A stretch of 63,925 nt of DNA, filler included, from Aduncisulcus paluster (lineage: Eukaryota): the NCBI GenBank assembly GCA_024181965.1. It is 6 parts of 6 records of this genome, joined end to end, with 100 filler letters (N's around TTAATTAATTAA, not from the genome) between each part and the next. Parts side by side here need not be neighbours in the genome. Positions count along the whole stretch, not along the records: positions 1 to 24,973 come from BQXS01010865.1; positions 25,074 to 38,324 come from BQXS01010866.1; 4 more parts are not named here. The stretch is one strand, 5' to 3'. The stretch's first letter is position 1, and each line of letters starts with the position of its first letter. Shown here one piece after another: positions 13,701-25,254 of this stretch. The notes below the pieces were generated by a model, which was given only the letters and a program-made list of their open reading frames with translations, was not told where the DNA came from and did not search any database. A program made the position numbers and the translations under genes.

Positions 13701-16700
13701 CTTGAGAGACAGGTTGATACCATTCGTACATCTCTCTGTGATTTGTGTGTGTTCATACATAATTCTGTTACAAAACAAGCAATATCATTCGAGAAAGAGA
13801 ACAAAAGACCCATTCATACAACTCCAACATCGTATTTGGAACTTTTGAAGCAATATTATGACATTTTGACAAGCAGAACAGAGATGTTGAGTTCTGAGCT
13901 TCACAAATTTTCGATGGGTCTGACAAAACTCTTAGGAACTCAAGAGCAAGTTCATGAAATGCAAGACCATTTAACTAAGCTTCAGCCTAAACTCGTCGTT
14001 GCTGCTAGAGAAACTGAAGAATTAATGAAAAAACTGAGTGTAGACAAAGTGGAAGCTGATAAACAACGTGAAATGGTCGAAAAAGAAGAGAAGAAGAGGA
14101 ACGTAGCCATGATGGAAGAGGAGGAAAGAACAAGAAATTCTCTAAAAAGGATGGAAAACAAGATACTGAGAAAGAAGCTGAACGCATTGCCAAAGAGCAA
14201 GAACTTGAGAGACAGGTTGATACCATTCGTACATCTCTCTGTGATTTGTGTGTGTTCATACATAATTCTGTTACAAAACAAGCAATATCATTCGAGAAAG
14301 AGAACAAAAGACCCATTCATACAACTCCAACATCGTATTTGGAACTTTTGAAGCAATATTATGACATTTTGACAAGCAGAACAGAGATGTTGAGTTCTGA
14401 GCTTCACAAATTTTCGATGGGTCTGACAAAACTCTTAGGAACTCAAGAGCAAGTTCATGAAATGCAAGACCATTTAACTAAGCTTCAGCCTAAACTCGTC
14501 GTTGCTGCTAGAGAAACTGAAGAATTAATGAAAAAACTGAGTGTAGACAAAGTGGAAGCTGATAAACAACGTGAAATGGTCGAAAAAGAAGAGAAAGAAG
14601 TGAGCAAAAGTGCAGCAGCAGCTTCAGAACTCAGGGACAAAGCTAAGACAGAGCTTGATACTGTCAAACCATTGCTCGTGAAGGCTGTGAAAGCTGTGTC
14701 AAATATTAGTAAGAGTCATTTGTTTGAGTTGAGAACTGTCAAAACCCCATCTGACGGTGTTCGTTTAGCTATGGAAGGTGTCTGTATTTTATTTGATGAG
14801 AAAACAACGTGGGAACAAGCCAAATTGGTTCTATCAGACTTTGGTGAGTTAATGAGAAGAATCAATAACTTTGACAAGGATCATGTTCCGATTAGCAAGA
14901 GAAAGAAACTCCAGAAATATATTAGACACCCTGAGTTGCAACCTTTGCGAATTAAGAGTATCAGTGAAGCTGCTAGTAACCTTTGGGAGTGGGTTTCTGC
15001 CATTAATGAATATGCTATTGTTATTGATAAAATCAAACCCCTTGAAGCTGAGTTGAAGAAGGCTGAATCACTCTATAAAGAAAAGAATGATGCACTTCGG
15101 GCAAAACAAAATGAGCTAGCAAAAGTTGAAAGGAAAGTTAGAAGCCTCCAACAACAGTATGATGACAGTGTATCCAATAAGAAGAAGTTAGAGTTGCAAC
15201 AAGATGACACAAAGGTACGTCTTGCTCGTGCCAAGCAACTTGTTGGAGGTTTAGGGAGTGAGAGAGTCGCATGGGCTCAGAAGAAAGAAGAATTGGAAAA
15301 AGAAATGAGTACTGTGTTGACGGATACCCTTGTAACCGCTGGATATGTTGCTTATCTTGGACCTTTTGATAACATTTATCGTGAGAAACTCATGAAATCC
15401 TGGATTACGCACTCTCGGTCACTCTATCTCCCCGTGTCTTCTTCTCTTTCCATCTCTTCTCTCTTGGGTAATACTGCCACCATTAGATCCTGGCAAGAAC
15501 AAGGATTGCCTAGAGACGATTTCAGTGTGGATAACGCACTGATTTCCATGAATAGTCGACGCTGGCCGTTATTAATAGATCCTCAGAACCAAGGAACAGT
15601 GTGGATTAAACAATTACTCAGTGCAGACAAACTGCGTGTCCTAAGAATGGACGATCCCAATTTCCTTCGTTCTCTTGAGAATTCCATTCGTGTGGGTCTT
15701 CCTGTGTTGATTGAATGTGTTGGTGAGACAATTGACCCTGTACTTGATCCCATCTTACTCAGACAGGTCTACAAAAGTCAAGGAAGGTCCGTTGTTCGTA
15801 TTGGAGACCAAGAAGTCGATTACAATGATCAGTTTAAACTGTTTTTATCAACAAAACTTCCAAGACCTATCTTTTCGCCCGAATTGTTTATCCGTGTCGG
15901 CATTGTGAACTTTGTTGTTACAAAGGGGGGTCTCGAGGAACAACTTTTAGCCTATGTTGTGAAACACGAACGGCCTGAACTTGAATCCCAGCTTAACGAA
16001 TGTGTGTGTAAGCTTGAAGAGAATGAGAATGAGCTATTGGTTTGTCAAGCCAAGATCCTTGAGCTTCTGGCCAATTCTGGGGATAACATTTTGGACGATG
16101 AAGAACTGATCCATGCTCTCAATAGTTCAAAACACAAACAAGCCCAGATTGATATCAAGGTCAAAGAAAGTGTGTTGACTCAAGCTCAGATCCTTAAGGC
16201 TAGAAACAAGTACCGTTCAGTTGCACGAAGGGCAGCCACGTTATATTTTGTTGTTGCCAACTTATCTAATATTGATCCCATGTACCAGTACTCTTTGAGT
16301 TTCTTTATTTCTCTGTTTAATCAGTGTCTCGAAAAGGCACCCGCAGCTCCCGATCTCGAAGGAAGACTCGACTCTCTGATCAATTTCACAACTGAACAGG
16401 TCTTTTCAAGTGTTGGTCGAGGTTTATTTGAGCGTCATAAGCTTTTATATGCTTTCTTGCTTGCTGTTGAGATTGAAAGAGATGCCAAGAAAATATCTGA
16501 GAATGTTTGGAGTTCTATGCTTTATGGTGTCGGGGAAGAGAAGAAGGAAGAAAGTAATAAGGAGGTAACAAAACCTGCCTGGTGTCCAAAAGATACCTGG
16601 AAAGGAATTATACATTTAAATAACTTAAAGAATTGTATTTTCTATAATCAAATCGTTAATGCCGTTACTTCGACCGAAGTATCTACTTGGAAAGCTTGGA

Positions 16701-18769
16701 TATTGGCCGAAAACCCAGTTAATTATTCACTTCCACCTTCTATCTCATCTAAAATTAGTCTCTTTGAGAAAGTCTTGCTCGTTCGATTCCTTCGTCTGGA
16801 TCACACGATGGCCACAATCCTTCCATATGTCATTGGTGTTCTAGGCCAACACTTTGGACAGATGCCACCATTTGATCTTTCTCACTCCTTTAAGGACACC
16901 ACTCCCCATACACCTGTGATATTTATTCTATCTCAAGGTGCTGATCCGCTTGCCTATATGTTTAAATTGGCTAAAGAAGAAGGAATTTCCACTGACAATG
17001 TCCACACTGTGTCTCTTGGTCAAGGTCAGGGGATTGTGGCAGAAAAAGAGATTGAGAAGGCTTCTGCGAAAGGTGGGTGGGTAGTTCTGCAAAATGCTCA
17101 CTTGTGTACATCATGGCTGCCTCGTTTGGAAAGAGTAGTTGAGGAAATGTCTCAAAAAACCTTACATCCTTCATTCAGACTGTGGTTAACTTCACTGCCA
17201 ACTCCTTTGTTCCCTGTATCTGTCCTTCAGATGTCCATTAAGCTCACCAATGAACCTCCAGCCGGGTTAAAAGCTAACCTTGAAAGATCATTCATGCAGA
17301 TTACTCACGATCAATTTAGCACTCCAGACGGTATTGCTAAAAATAGAGTCGGTGTTTGGAAGAATCTACTATTCGGTCTGTCGTTCTTCCATGCTTCTCT
17401 GCAAGAACGTAGAAAGTTTGGTCCTCTTGGATTTAATGTACGTTATGACTGGAATCAAAGTGATTTGAGTGTTTCTATCTCTGTTTTACAACTTTTATTG
17501 GGTCAGTTTGACAAGACCCCATTTGATGCCTTGAGATATTTGACGGGAGAAATTGGGTATGGTGGCCGTGTGACAGATTTCCTTGATCAAAGATGTGTCA
17601 TGGCTCTTTTGAGAAGATGTTACGATCAAAAAGCATTTAAGAGTGGATTCTCTTACATTGCTTCTGGCACTGACGGTGTTGATAGATCCGTATATTCTCC
17701 TCCACCTTCTTCATGGAATATTAATGATTTGAGGAAACATATATCTGATAACTTCCCAGACACTGAGCCTCCATGTGTATTTGGATTACACGGAAATGCT
17801 AACATTACTCTACGTCAAAATACTACGTCTAACTTTGTTAGCACATTACTCTCTCTTTATCCAGGTGTCAAACGTATGGGAAAAGGAGGTGGTGCTGGTT
17901 TCTCTCTCGTTGCAAGTGTTAAACAATTCCAAGGACGAATTCCACAGAGAATGGATGCCTTTAAGGATGCAACGGAAGGTGTGTTTTCTGAAGTTGCTGA
18001 CAATGAGCCTCGTCCTCCACTTGAGGCTGTATTGATCCAGGAATGTGATCGGTACAATACGATCATTTCAACTATTTCTCATTCGCTTGGAGAACTTGAG
18101 AAGGCTTTGGCTGGTCTGATTGTCATGAACAAGGAAATGGAAGCCATGGGTACAGCCATTTCAAGGAATACGGTGCCACATGAATGGGAGAAAGTAGCTT
18201 ACCCTTCAACAAAACCTCTTGGTGCTTGGTTTGCTGACCTCACAAAGAGGGTTGAGTTCTTTAGAAACTGGCTCAAGAATGGAATGCCCAATTGCTTTTG
18301 GATATCAGCATTCTATTTCCCCCAAGGGTTTTTAACTGCCGTTCTACAAACCCATGCAAGGAAGCATTTGATATCCATTGACAAACTCGTATTCGATTGC
18401 AAAGTTTTACCTTCAAAATCCTCTGCCTCTTCCTCTTTCCCTTCTATTGGTGTGAATGTAGATGGCCTATTACTTGAAGGAGCTGCATGGGATAACCATG
18501 GGAAACGATTAACAGAACAGAAAGACGGGGAACTATTGTCGACTCTGCCTCCTCTGCATTTAATCCCAACGGAAACGGAAGAAGTTGATACTTTCCACCC
18601 TATTAAGACTTATAAATGCCCCGTATATAAGACACTTCAGAGAGCAGGGACCTTGAGCACTACTGGTCTTAGTACAAACTTTGTCTTGTCTTTATTCTTG
18701 CCGTCTGATAAAGCTGAAGAACACTGGATTGGACGGGGTGCTGCTGCTTTCTGTGCCAATAGCGAATAG
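4725..18769 (+). CDS. Axonemal dynein heavy chain, single-headed inner-arm type (DNAH1/DNAH6-like); frame broken by a 503-bp tandem duplication; 4513 aa if one copy is removed
   Basis: FPRFYFLSNDELLEILSQT, P1 GPAGTGKTETVKDL, CFDEFNRI, NPGYAGRTELPDN, HYDFGMRAVKSVL, WIENMNTCLDDNKLLCL, P4 GVGGSGRQSL, RWPLLIDPQ, C-terminal CPVYKT..RAGTLSTTG.STNFV; ORFs 4671-14351 and 14246-18769 are the two halves; first ATG at 4725. Confidence 0.95.
13586..14595 (+). repeat. Exact direct tandem duplication, period 503 bp, inside the dynein gene
   Basis: aagaagaggaacgtagccatgat starts at 13588 and again at 14091; identity continues to ...cgaaaaagaagagaa (14092/14595); 503 is not a multiple of 3. Confidence 0.95.
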
Positions 18770-20039
18770 ATCACACCAATAATATAAATCATTGAACTTT
18801 CTCATTGTTCTATAAATAGTGCAGTTTTATATAGTGAGATATTTTTTGACAAGAATCTATTCAATGATTTCATTTTTGGGGGTTTGTTTGTTTTGATATT
18901 TATAGTAGCTTTTTTTATTTCATTTCACAAGAAATATATAGAATTTTGTTTCAATAGTCCTCTCATTCTTATTGAAACAATGTTAACCAATAAAATATGT
19001 ATTGTATTTACTGTTTTTTTGTTCATTTTACTTTACCACCGCTATTACTAACATTACCTTTTTATTTGGTTATTAATAATTCTATTATTAACTATACAAG
19101 GGGAGAAATAGATTAAATTCACCATATTTTACTCTATTCTTGTTTGGAAGTGAGATTTTCTTTTTCTCGTGGCTTGGCGGTTTTATGATCCAATAAAATA
19201 TATTTCTATACTAGAAATGGGGTGATTTTGATATTTTATACTTTCATTTTGTCTTTTCTCAATCCTTTCTAGATTTGAAGTTTATCTCTTAAATTATGGA
19301 TATAATAGTGGCTTCTGAAGATAAATCTTTTGTATACTAGTTAGAAAAAACATAATATTTCCTTTAAGTTTGCTCTATTTTGTATTTGAGGCTTCAAAAA
19401 AAGAAATATTGAATAAGGCTCAAATATCCATTTTACGATGAGGTGACAAAAAAGATCAATTATTTTATCGTGTATAACAGGGGATTGATCATTCTTAATG
19501 CGAAATTGGAGTCACACTGTGGTTCTATAGGACCTATAGTATAGGTGAAGCCGATTCTGTCGGCAGATTACAATCTAAATCAATAAGATAACCGTCCTAG
19601 GATCTTTTGAAAGTAGTAAATGGATTATTTCCACTACCGAAATCGGATTACCATTATCAGAGGCGAAACGAGACAACAAGATCGTGGAGCTTCTAATTTT
19701 GAATAAAAATGAATACAATTATAAATTCGGCATTAAAATTGAGCTCATGGGATAAAAAATAGCTTATTTGATTGTTATCAAAGTTGGTATTATAAATACG
19801 GGTTTTTGTCGTTTTACAACAGTATTATGAACGTTCTTAGATATAAACCCATATTATTCTTAATTTAAGAAAATATTTGGAAAAATCAATTTGTCATGAT
19901 TCATTTCTTCTTGTTCCGATGATCCATCTGAGGGTTCAATGATCAGATTCGATCAGGAAAAAGTAGGAAGAAACTTCCCTGCTTTTTGTTACCAAATCAC
20001 TTTCAAACTTTTATAAACAAAAAATTAATAACAATAACA

Positions 20040-20540
20040 ATGGATACTCACAAAAGACAACAATCTAATGATGATTCTTCAGCCCAAAAGAAATCTATTC
20101 CCTGCCGTGGTGGTTGTGGCTTCTTTGGTTCTCTTGAACACAGTGGATACTGTTCTATATGCTACAAGCAATTGCATCCTTCTGATATTTCCGTTGAAAA
20201 GGAAGAAAAACCTCTGATAATTGAAAAGTCTCTCTTCCCCCCCAAGATTAAACAAGAACTCAAAGAAGAAGAGGAAAAGGAAATTATCCAAAAGAAACCA
20301 TCCAAAGAAAAGACCGATAAAGCATTAAAGAAGATTAAGAAGGCCAAGAAGAACCGTTGCCAAATTTGCCGCAAAAAACTTGGTTTCATGCCTTTTAAAT
20401 GCCAATGTGGATTATGTTTCTGTTCAGAACACAGACTTCCTTCTGATCATTCATGTTCTTTTGACCACAGAAGCATTCAATCTCAACATATTTTAGAGGC
20501 TAACCCTGTCATATTACAAAGAATGAAAGAGCGTCTATAA
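20040..20540 (+). CDS. A20/AN1 zinc-finger protein (ZFAND5/6 or plant SAP-like)
   Basis: N-terminal A20 finger CRGGCGFFG..HSGYCSIC; C-terminal AN1 finger CQICRKKLG..PFKCQCG..FCSEHRLPSDHSCSFD..ANP; first ATG at 20040. Confidence 0.93.
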   Translation: MDTHKRQQSNDDSSAQKKSIPCRGGCGFFGSLEHSGYCSICYKQLHPSDISVEKEEKPLIIEKSLFPPKIKQELKEEEEKEIIQKKPSKEKTDKALKKIKKAKKNRCQICRKKLGFMPFKCQCGLCFCSEHRLPSDHSCSFDHRSIQSQHILEANPVILQRMKERL

Positions 20541-21223
20541 ATGAATTTCATCAATACCACTCAATATATTTCAATATTTCACGCGTTCAATTCATCATAA
20601 TTTACCTTCTTCATATAATTTATATCTTCCCATTTATTCACCCCTGAATTTTCACCTTTTTCAGTATAATTTATCTAAGTAAATTCTTTTTCATGCTGTG
20701 AACACATTCTAAATTCCTTTTTACGCTTTATTGACTGGTCTAAACCACTGGTTTGGCAAACCTTTCGAATTTCGAAAACCCAAGTTTGGGGAAAGATTCA
20801 AACAAAATAACTCCTAAAATGAAATGGAATATCATGTTACATTTATTATTTGCAATTATTATGGGTGAGAACTTTCTAGAAGGACTATCTTGATGATCTG
20901 TTCTCTATCTTCATTTTGCCTGATATACATTCCAATATTATCATTTGATGAGCATGTTTCCTTAAATGTCATTCCTTTTTATGGAAAATAAGTTGGGTAA
21001 TATCACTGAGATGCATTGGTCCAGCAAGTTGCTACAAATGCCAAGTTATTGATTTCATATTCCGGCAAATCATTTGCCATAACTTCAAACGATTTTATTT
21101 CAAGAAATTAAATTCAAAAAGATATCAAATGGATGCAGATACGTCACATATGAAAAACGGTTTTTTCATTTCACCACAGTTGATAAATTGATTCATTGAA
21201 AATCAAGTTTGATCATTCAAAAT

Positions 21224-21703
21224 ATGGAAGAGTTCGTCAATTTTGTCGATATTGTTCCCGAAGCTGATGGATTATCCTATTCTGAAAAGAAGATGTTGAT
21301 GCGGGCTTACCTTCTTGAAGATAAGGAAACGACAAGAACACTTATTCACCCAAGTCTTGATCCTAAGGCCCCGATTTCCTGTTGTTGGATTGTGCAACCC
21401 GGTCCGGGAATATATCCATTACCATATGGGCATAGTCGAGTGAATGTTAATGGAAAGAAGATATTTGCTCATCGTGTTATGTATATGGCGTATTACCGTG
21501 AGTTTGACCTTGGTGATTCTGAGGTTTCTCACTTGTGTGGAACCCCAGGATGTGTCAATCCTCTCCATCTTATTCTTGAATCTCATGAAATGAACATGTC
21601 AAGACGTGATTGTCCAGGCACAATGGCACATGATGGTTTATTCCATATTATGTGCCCTCATGAACCTCGATTGACGATAAAGATGCTGAATAGTGATATT
21701 TGA
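21224..21703 (+). CDS. His-Cys-box (I-PpoI-like, His-Me finger) endonuclease, free-standing
   Basis: CCW...YG..RV......AHRV.Y...EVSHLCGTPGCVNPLHLILESHEMNMSRRDCPG...CPHEP matches the I-PpoI pattern SHLC.N..C.NP.HL..ES...N..R..C.G..C.H. Confidence 0.85.
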   Translation: MEEFVNFVDIVPEADGLSYSEKKMLMRAYLLEDKETTRTLIHPSLDPKAPISCCWIVQPGPGIYPLPYGHSRVNVNGKKIFAHRVMYMAYYREFDLGDSEVSHLCGTPGCVNPLHLILESHEMNMSRRDCPGTMAHDGLFHIMCPHEPRLTIKMLNSDI

Positions 21704-22610
21704 TGAACATGCGTTACTTTTCTTTTGAGAAACTTTCATCTTAGTTGAGTTAGGCTTGCTCAGTTGACAATTACGGCTGAAACGACTGGAAACTGCTATC
21801 ACTGGTGCGAAATGAAAGGTTCTTTTATTTGAGTAAAATCAATACATAGACAAATCAAGAATATGGTAAAGCAAATTTAAGAGAGTAACCAGAGAAGAAG
21901 AAAGAATGTCCATCAATAAGACAAAAGATAACAAAAAGAATTTTAGAAAAACCATTGGAAATTTCACAGAATAACAAGAACCAAAATACCATATGTTCAT
22001 TCGCTGAGAAGTAAGAAAAAAGAATATAGAACTTATCAACATTGTTGTAGAGGAACAAAAGGACGAAGAACTAACAAATTATCCAACTACATTTATAATT
22101 AATTAAAAGGAATAAAATAAAGTTTTACAAATCTATTTTTAGTAAATAAATTTATAGAAACAAAGAAACTGGAAAGAAGAAAGGGAAAAGAGAATTAATT
22201 ACAGAATAAGAAAAATCGTTTTTTGGAATCCAATAAAAAACAATTTTTCGTTTTTTGTTTTTCATAATTTTAATTTTAATATATAACCAATTTGCAAACC
22301 AAATTATGATAAGTTGATCAGCTCCAGAATCACCAAGGCCAGAACTGTCGGAAAGAAGAGAAACCAGATTGCACAAAGAATCAATTGCAAAAATACAAAA
22401 ACAAAATTTCCGGCGAGCAGTTCAACAAGATAAAATTATTAATCACAAAAAATAAAAAAAAAGAAAGAAAAAAAACGTAAAGCATTTCGTTATTTGTTTT
22501 GTTTTTACCTTTTTCACCAGAGAATTCGGTCGAGAAAAAAAAATGAGAAGAAGAATTTGTGTATTTGGAAATTGAGAAGTATCATTTTGGAGATATTGAA
22601 CAGAAAATGG

Positions 22611-22712
<102 letters not shown>

Positions 22713-23408
22713 CCTAAAAATAGAATTCAGGTTCAAATAATTAAAATATAATAAAATAATATCTGGAAAAATCATAAAGAGAAAGAATTACAAACAGAAC
22801 AGAAGTGTTTTTTTTTTTTTTTGTCCTTTCCTTTAAAAGAGAGACAAGAAGAATAATTAATAATCAAATGAATTTTTTATATCAAATTTAGAACATAATT
22901 GTATTTTGTTAGTATTTTTGGGGATAAAAAAACGATCCACAAAATTTTTCAAAATCGGTATTAAGACACAAAACACCAGAATATAAGGAGTCTAAAAATA
23001 GAATTAGAATTTAGAATGTGTTGTAGACTCCAAAAGTAGTAACCAATAAAGAGAATGACCGAAAAATAACATCTTCCGAAATTAAAAAGAAAAAAAGTTA
23101 TAACAATTGTTTTGTTTTATAGGATAATGAGTTGATTATTATGCCATATGTGAATTAAATTCTCCATAACCTAACCAGCTTTAGGGGTTACATAAAAAAT
23201 CCACATATGGATAAAAAGCATATAAATAGAGTCAGTGAGAAAAAAAAAAATTAAAAATAGATAACACAAGCAAACAAGATTAAGAAAACCGCTACTAAGT
23301 GGAGCGATCAAAGTTGAAGAACCAATGAGAACAAAATTAAGCATAAAAACAACAGAAACAATCAAAGTACAGAAAATGGAACAATAATAGATAATATAGA
23401 GATTATTA

Positions 23409-24923
23409 TTATTCCCAATTTGAAGAAGCGAATCTGCTACTTTGACTGCTTTGACTTGTCATTGTCTGGAGAGTGTATTGACTGCTAAAACTTGAATCAG
23501 AGACACTAGCTCGGCTTGAATCGTTCTCAGAGCGGGCAGATCCCGTGTCGGCCGAAGAAATGGAACGCTCGGACACGGGCAAGCTGCTTGAAGACCTTTC
23601 AGAGAGTGAGAGAGAAGATCCAAGAGAAGCCATGGAATGGTAACCGTGGAGCAATGATTCAGATCTCAGAGGAGGAACGGGAGTGGATGAACTGGAGGAG
23701 TAAGAAGAGGAGGAGAGAGGGATGTTCATGTGAGAGCCAGGATATGAGTTTGCTGACGTGATAAAATAGGGAGGAACGTCGCCCAATGATGTGACTGTGC
23801 CAGACTCTGACATCGACGTTAACTCGTGGGTTCCAGAGCTGGGACCAGACTCGGAGGAGGCGTGCAGACGGCCTGTAGCTCCGGAAGGTGGGCAAGTCTC
23901 GGAGGCTGTGTCTTCCTGAGAGATACTTGTCCGGCTGGATGATTGACGATGTTGTGAAGAAGATGATGAAGTCTGGCCATAGTCAGACCTTGATACGGTT
24001 GGCTCGTCGAGAGCAGAATCATAGGAACAAGAGCCTGTGGAGGAGGAAGAGAAGGCGTAGTCGTCCGGGGCAGAACGAGGTGTAGGGTTCTTGGAGAGGT
24101 GGAGCAGAGGAGGAGGCATTGTCTGCATGTAGGCCATGCGTGATAATGACGAGTCAGACGCACGGTGATGAAGAGAGGATGGCTCACTGCCTTGGGATGT
24201 TGAGTACGGACGGTGGGGAACGCTTGGGGGCTGGTGGAGGTCAACAGGGGCGGAGGGGAACCTCCCGCGGGTGACAGCAACGGTGGGATGTTGTTGAGAG
24301 TCTCCCTGAGACACCGGGTTGAAAGTACTCAAATGTCCGAACGATGACTGGTATGAAAAGCTTCGATCGCTCTCAAAGGAATCAATTGAGCCGGATGAGG
24401 AGGACACAAGAGTGTGGGGAACAGAGGAGGATGTATTGGCATATGGAAAGTCTGGAACGGATGAAGGATGGCTATCGTGTCGTTCACGGGAACGTGGATG
24501 AGCGAGTTGCATCCATGAACAATCTTTCCGAAGAGAAGCATCACCATGCTGGAATTGGGAATGATAAGGGGGCTGAAACTGTGAAAAAGGACCTAGGAAG
24601 GGTATTGAAGATGGAGAATAAGTTATAGAACCGCCGGGATATGAAGGTGGTGATACACCGAATGGAGATGGATCTTGGGTTGCTCTTTGTTTCATAAAAT
24701 ACTCTCCAAGAGCTTCACTAAGTTTATGAATGATAAGAGGAGATATTCTAGAGGGCTGAAGTGTTGAAGATGGCCATTTAATGATAGATATGGTTTGTTC
24801 TTTCCTCTCCCATTTCTTCGATGGTAATACATGAATAACTTCATCTTCACTGAGGTAATCACGGCCTTCAACGTTCGGAAGACGCTCTTTGGCTACATCA
24901 ACTACTAATCTGCGAGAGCCAAT
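23409..24923 (-). CDS. 5'-truncated protein: probable end of an RRM domain followed by a long Ser/Pro-rich disordered tail
   Basis: IGSRRLVVDVAKER resembles the last RRM strand (GRRLxVDxA); the ORF-track N-terminus (MSLSSEAAAALLLTSF) is antisense dynein sequence and not part of this gene. Confidence 0.6.
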   Translation of the reverse strand: MGSRRLVVDVAKERLPNVEGRDYLSEDEVIHVLPSKKWERKEQTISIIKWPSSTLQPSRISPLIIHKLSEALGEYFMKQRATQDPSPFGVSPPSYPGGSITYSPSSIPFLGPFSQFQPPYHSQFQHGDASLRKDCSWMQLAHPRSRERHDSHPSSVPDFPYANTSSSVPHTLVSSSSGSIDSFESDRSFSYQSSFGHLSTFNPVSQGDSQQHPTVAVTRGRFPSAPVDLHQPPSVPHRPYSTSQGSEPSSLHHRASDSSLSRMAYMQTMPPPLLHLSKNPTPRSAPDDYAFSSSSTGSCSYDSALDEPTVSRSDYGQTSSSSSQHRQSSSRTSISQEDTASETCPPSGATGRLHASSESGPSSGTHELTSMSESGTVTSLGDVPPYFITSANSYPGSHMNIPLSSSSYSSSSSTPVPPLRSESLLHGYHSMASLGSSLSLSERSSSSLPVSERSISSADTGSARSENDSSRASVSDSSFSSQYTLQTMTSQSSQSSRFASSNWE

Positions 24924-24973
24924 GAAAGAAGTGAGCAAAAGTGCAGCAGCAGCTTCAGAACTCAGGGACAAAG
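24924..24973 (+). repeat. 50-bp exact copy of dynein sequence 14593-14642 at a contig end
   Basis: gaaagaagtgagcaaaagtgcagcagcagcttcagaactcagggacaaag is present at both positions. Confidence 0.95.
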
Positions 24974-25073
24974 NNNNNNNNNNNNNNNNNNNNNNNNNNN
25001 NNNNNNNNNNNNNNNNNTTAATTAATTAANNNNNNNNNNNNNNNNNNNNNNNNNNNNNNNNNNNNNNNNNNNN
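24974..25073. other. Artificial contig spacer (N44-TTAATTAATTAA-N44)
   Basis: 100-nt N block with a six-frame stop cassette, identical at five sites. Confidence 0.97.
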
Positions 25074-25254
25074 CATCTAAATGGATGAAATAATAAGGCA
25101 ATATTCTCAAATTTAATTTTTTTGATTCTTGTAATTCCGCATACAAACCACCACTAAGAAAAATGAGTTTTCTTGTCAATATAAGGCTTTTTTTACCATT
25201 ATTTCTGAGACTTCAATTAAAAAGGTGAAAATCTTTTGAATATTTTCAAGAATT

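Noticed and set aside
14091-14351. Programmed frameshift or trans-splicing joining the two dynein ORFs
   Set aside because: The overlap is fully explained by an exact 503-bp duplication; no splice or slippery-site signals were seen.
20946-21009. Box C/D snoRNA (TGATGA...TTGGGTAAT..CTGA) with a 9-nt match to a conserved SSU rRNA segment
   Set aside because: The guide is short and not adjacent to box D, there is no terminal stem, and such words are common in AT-rich DNA.
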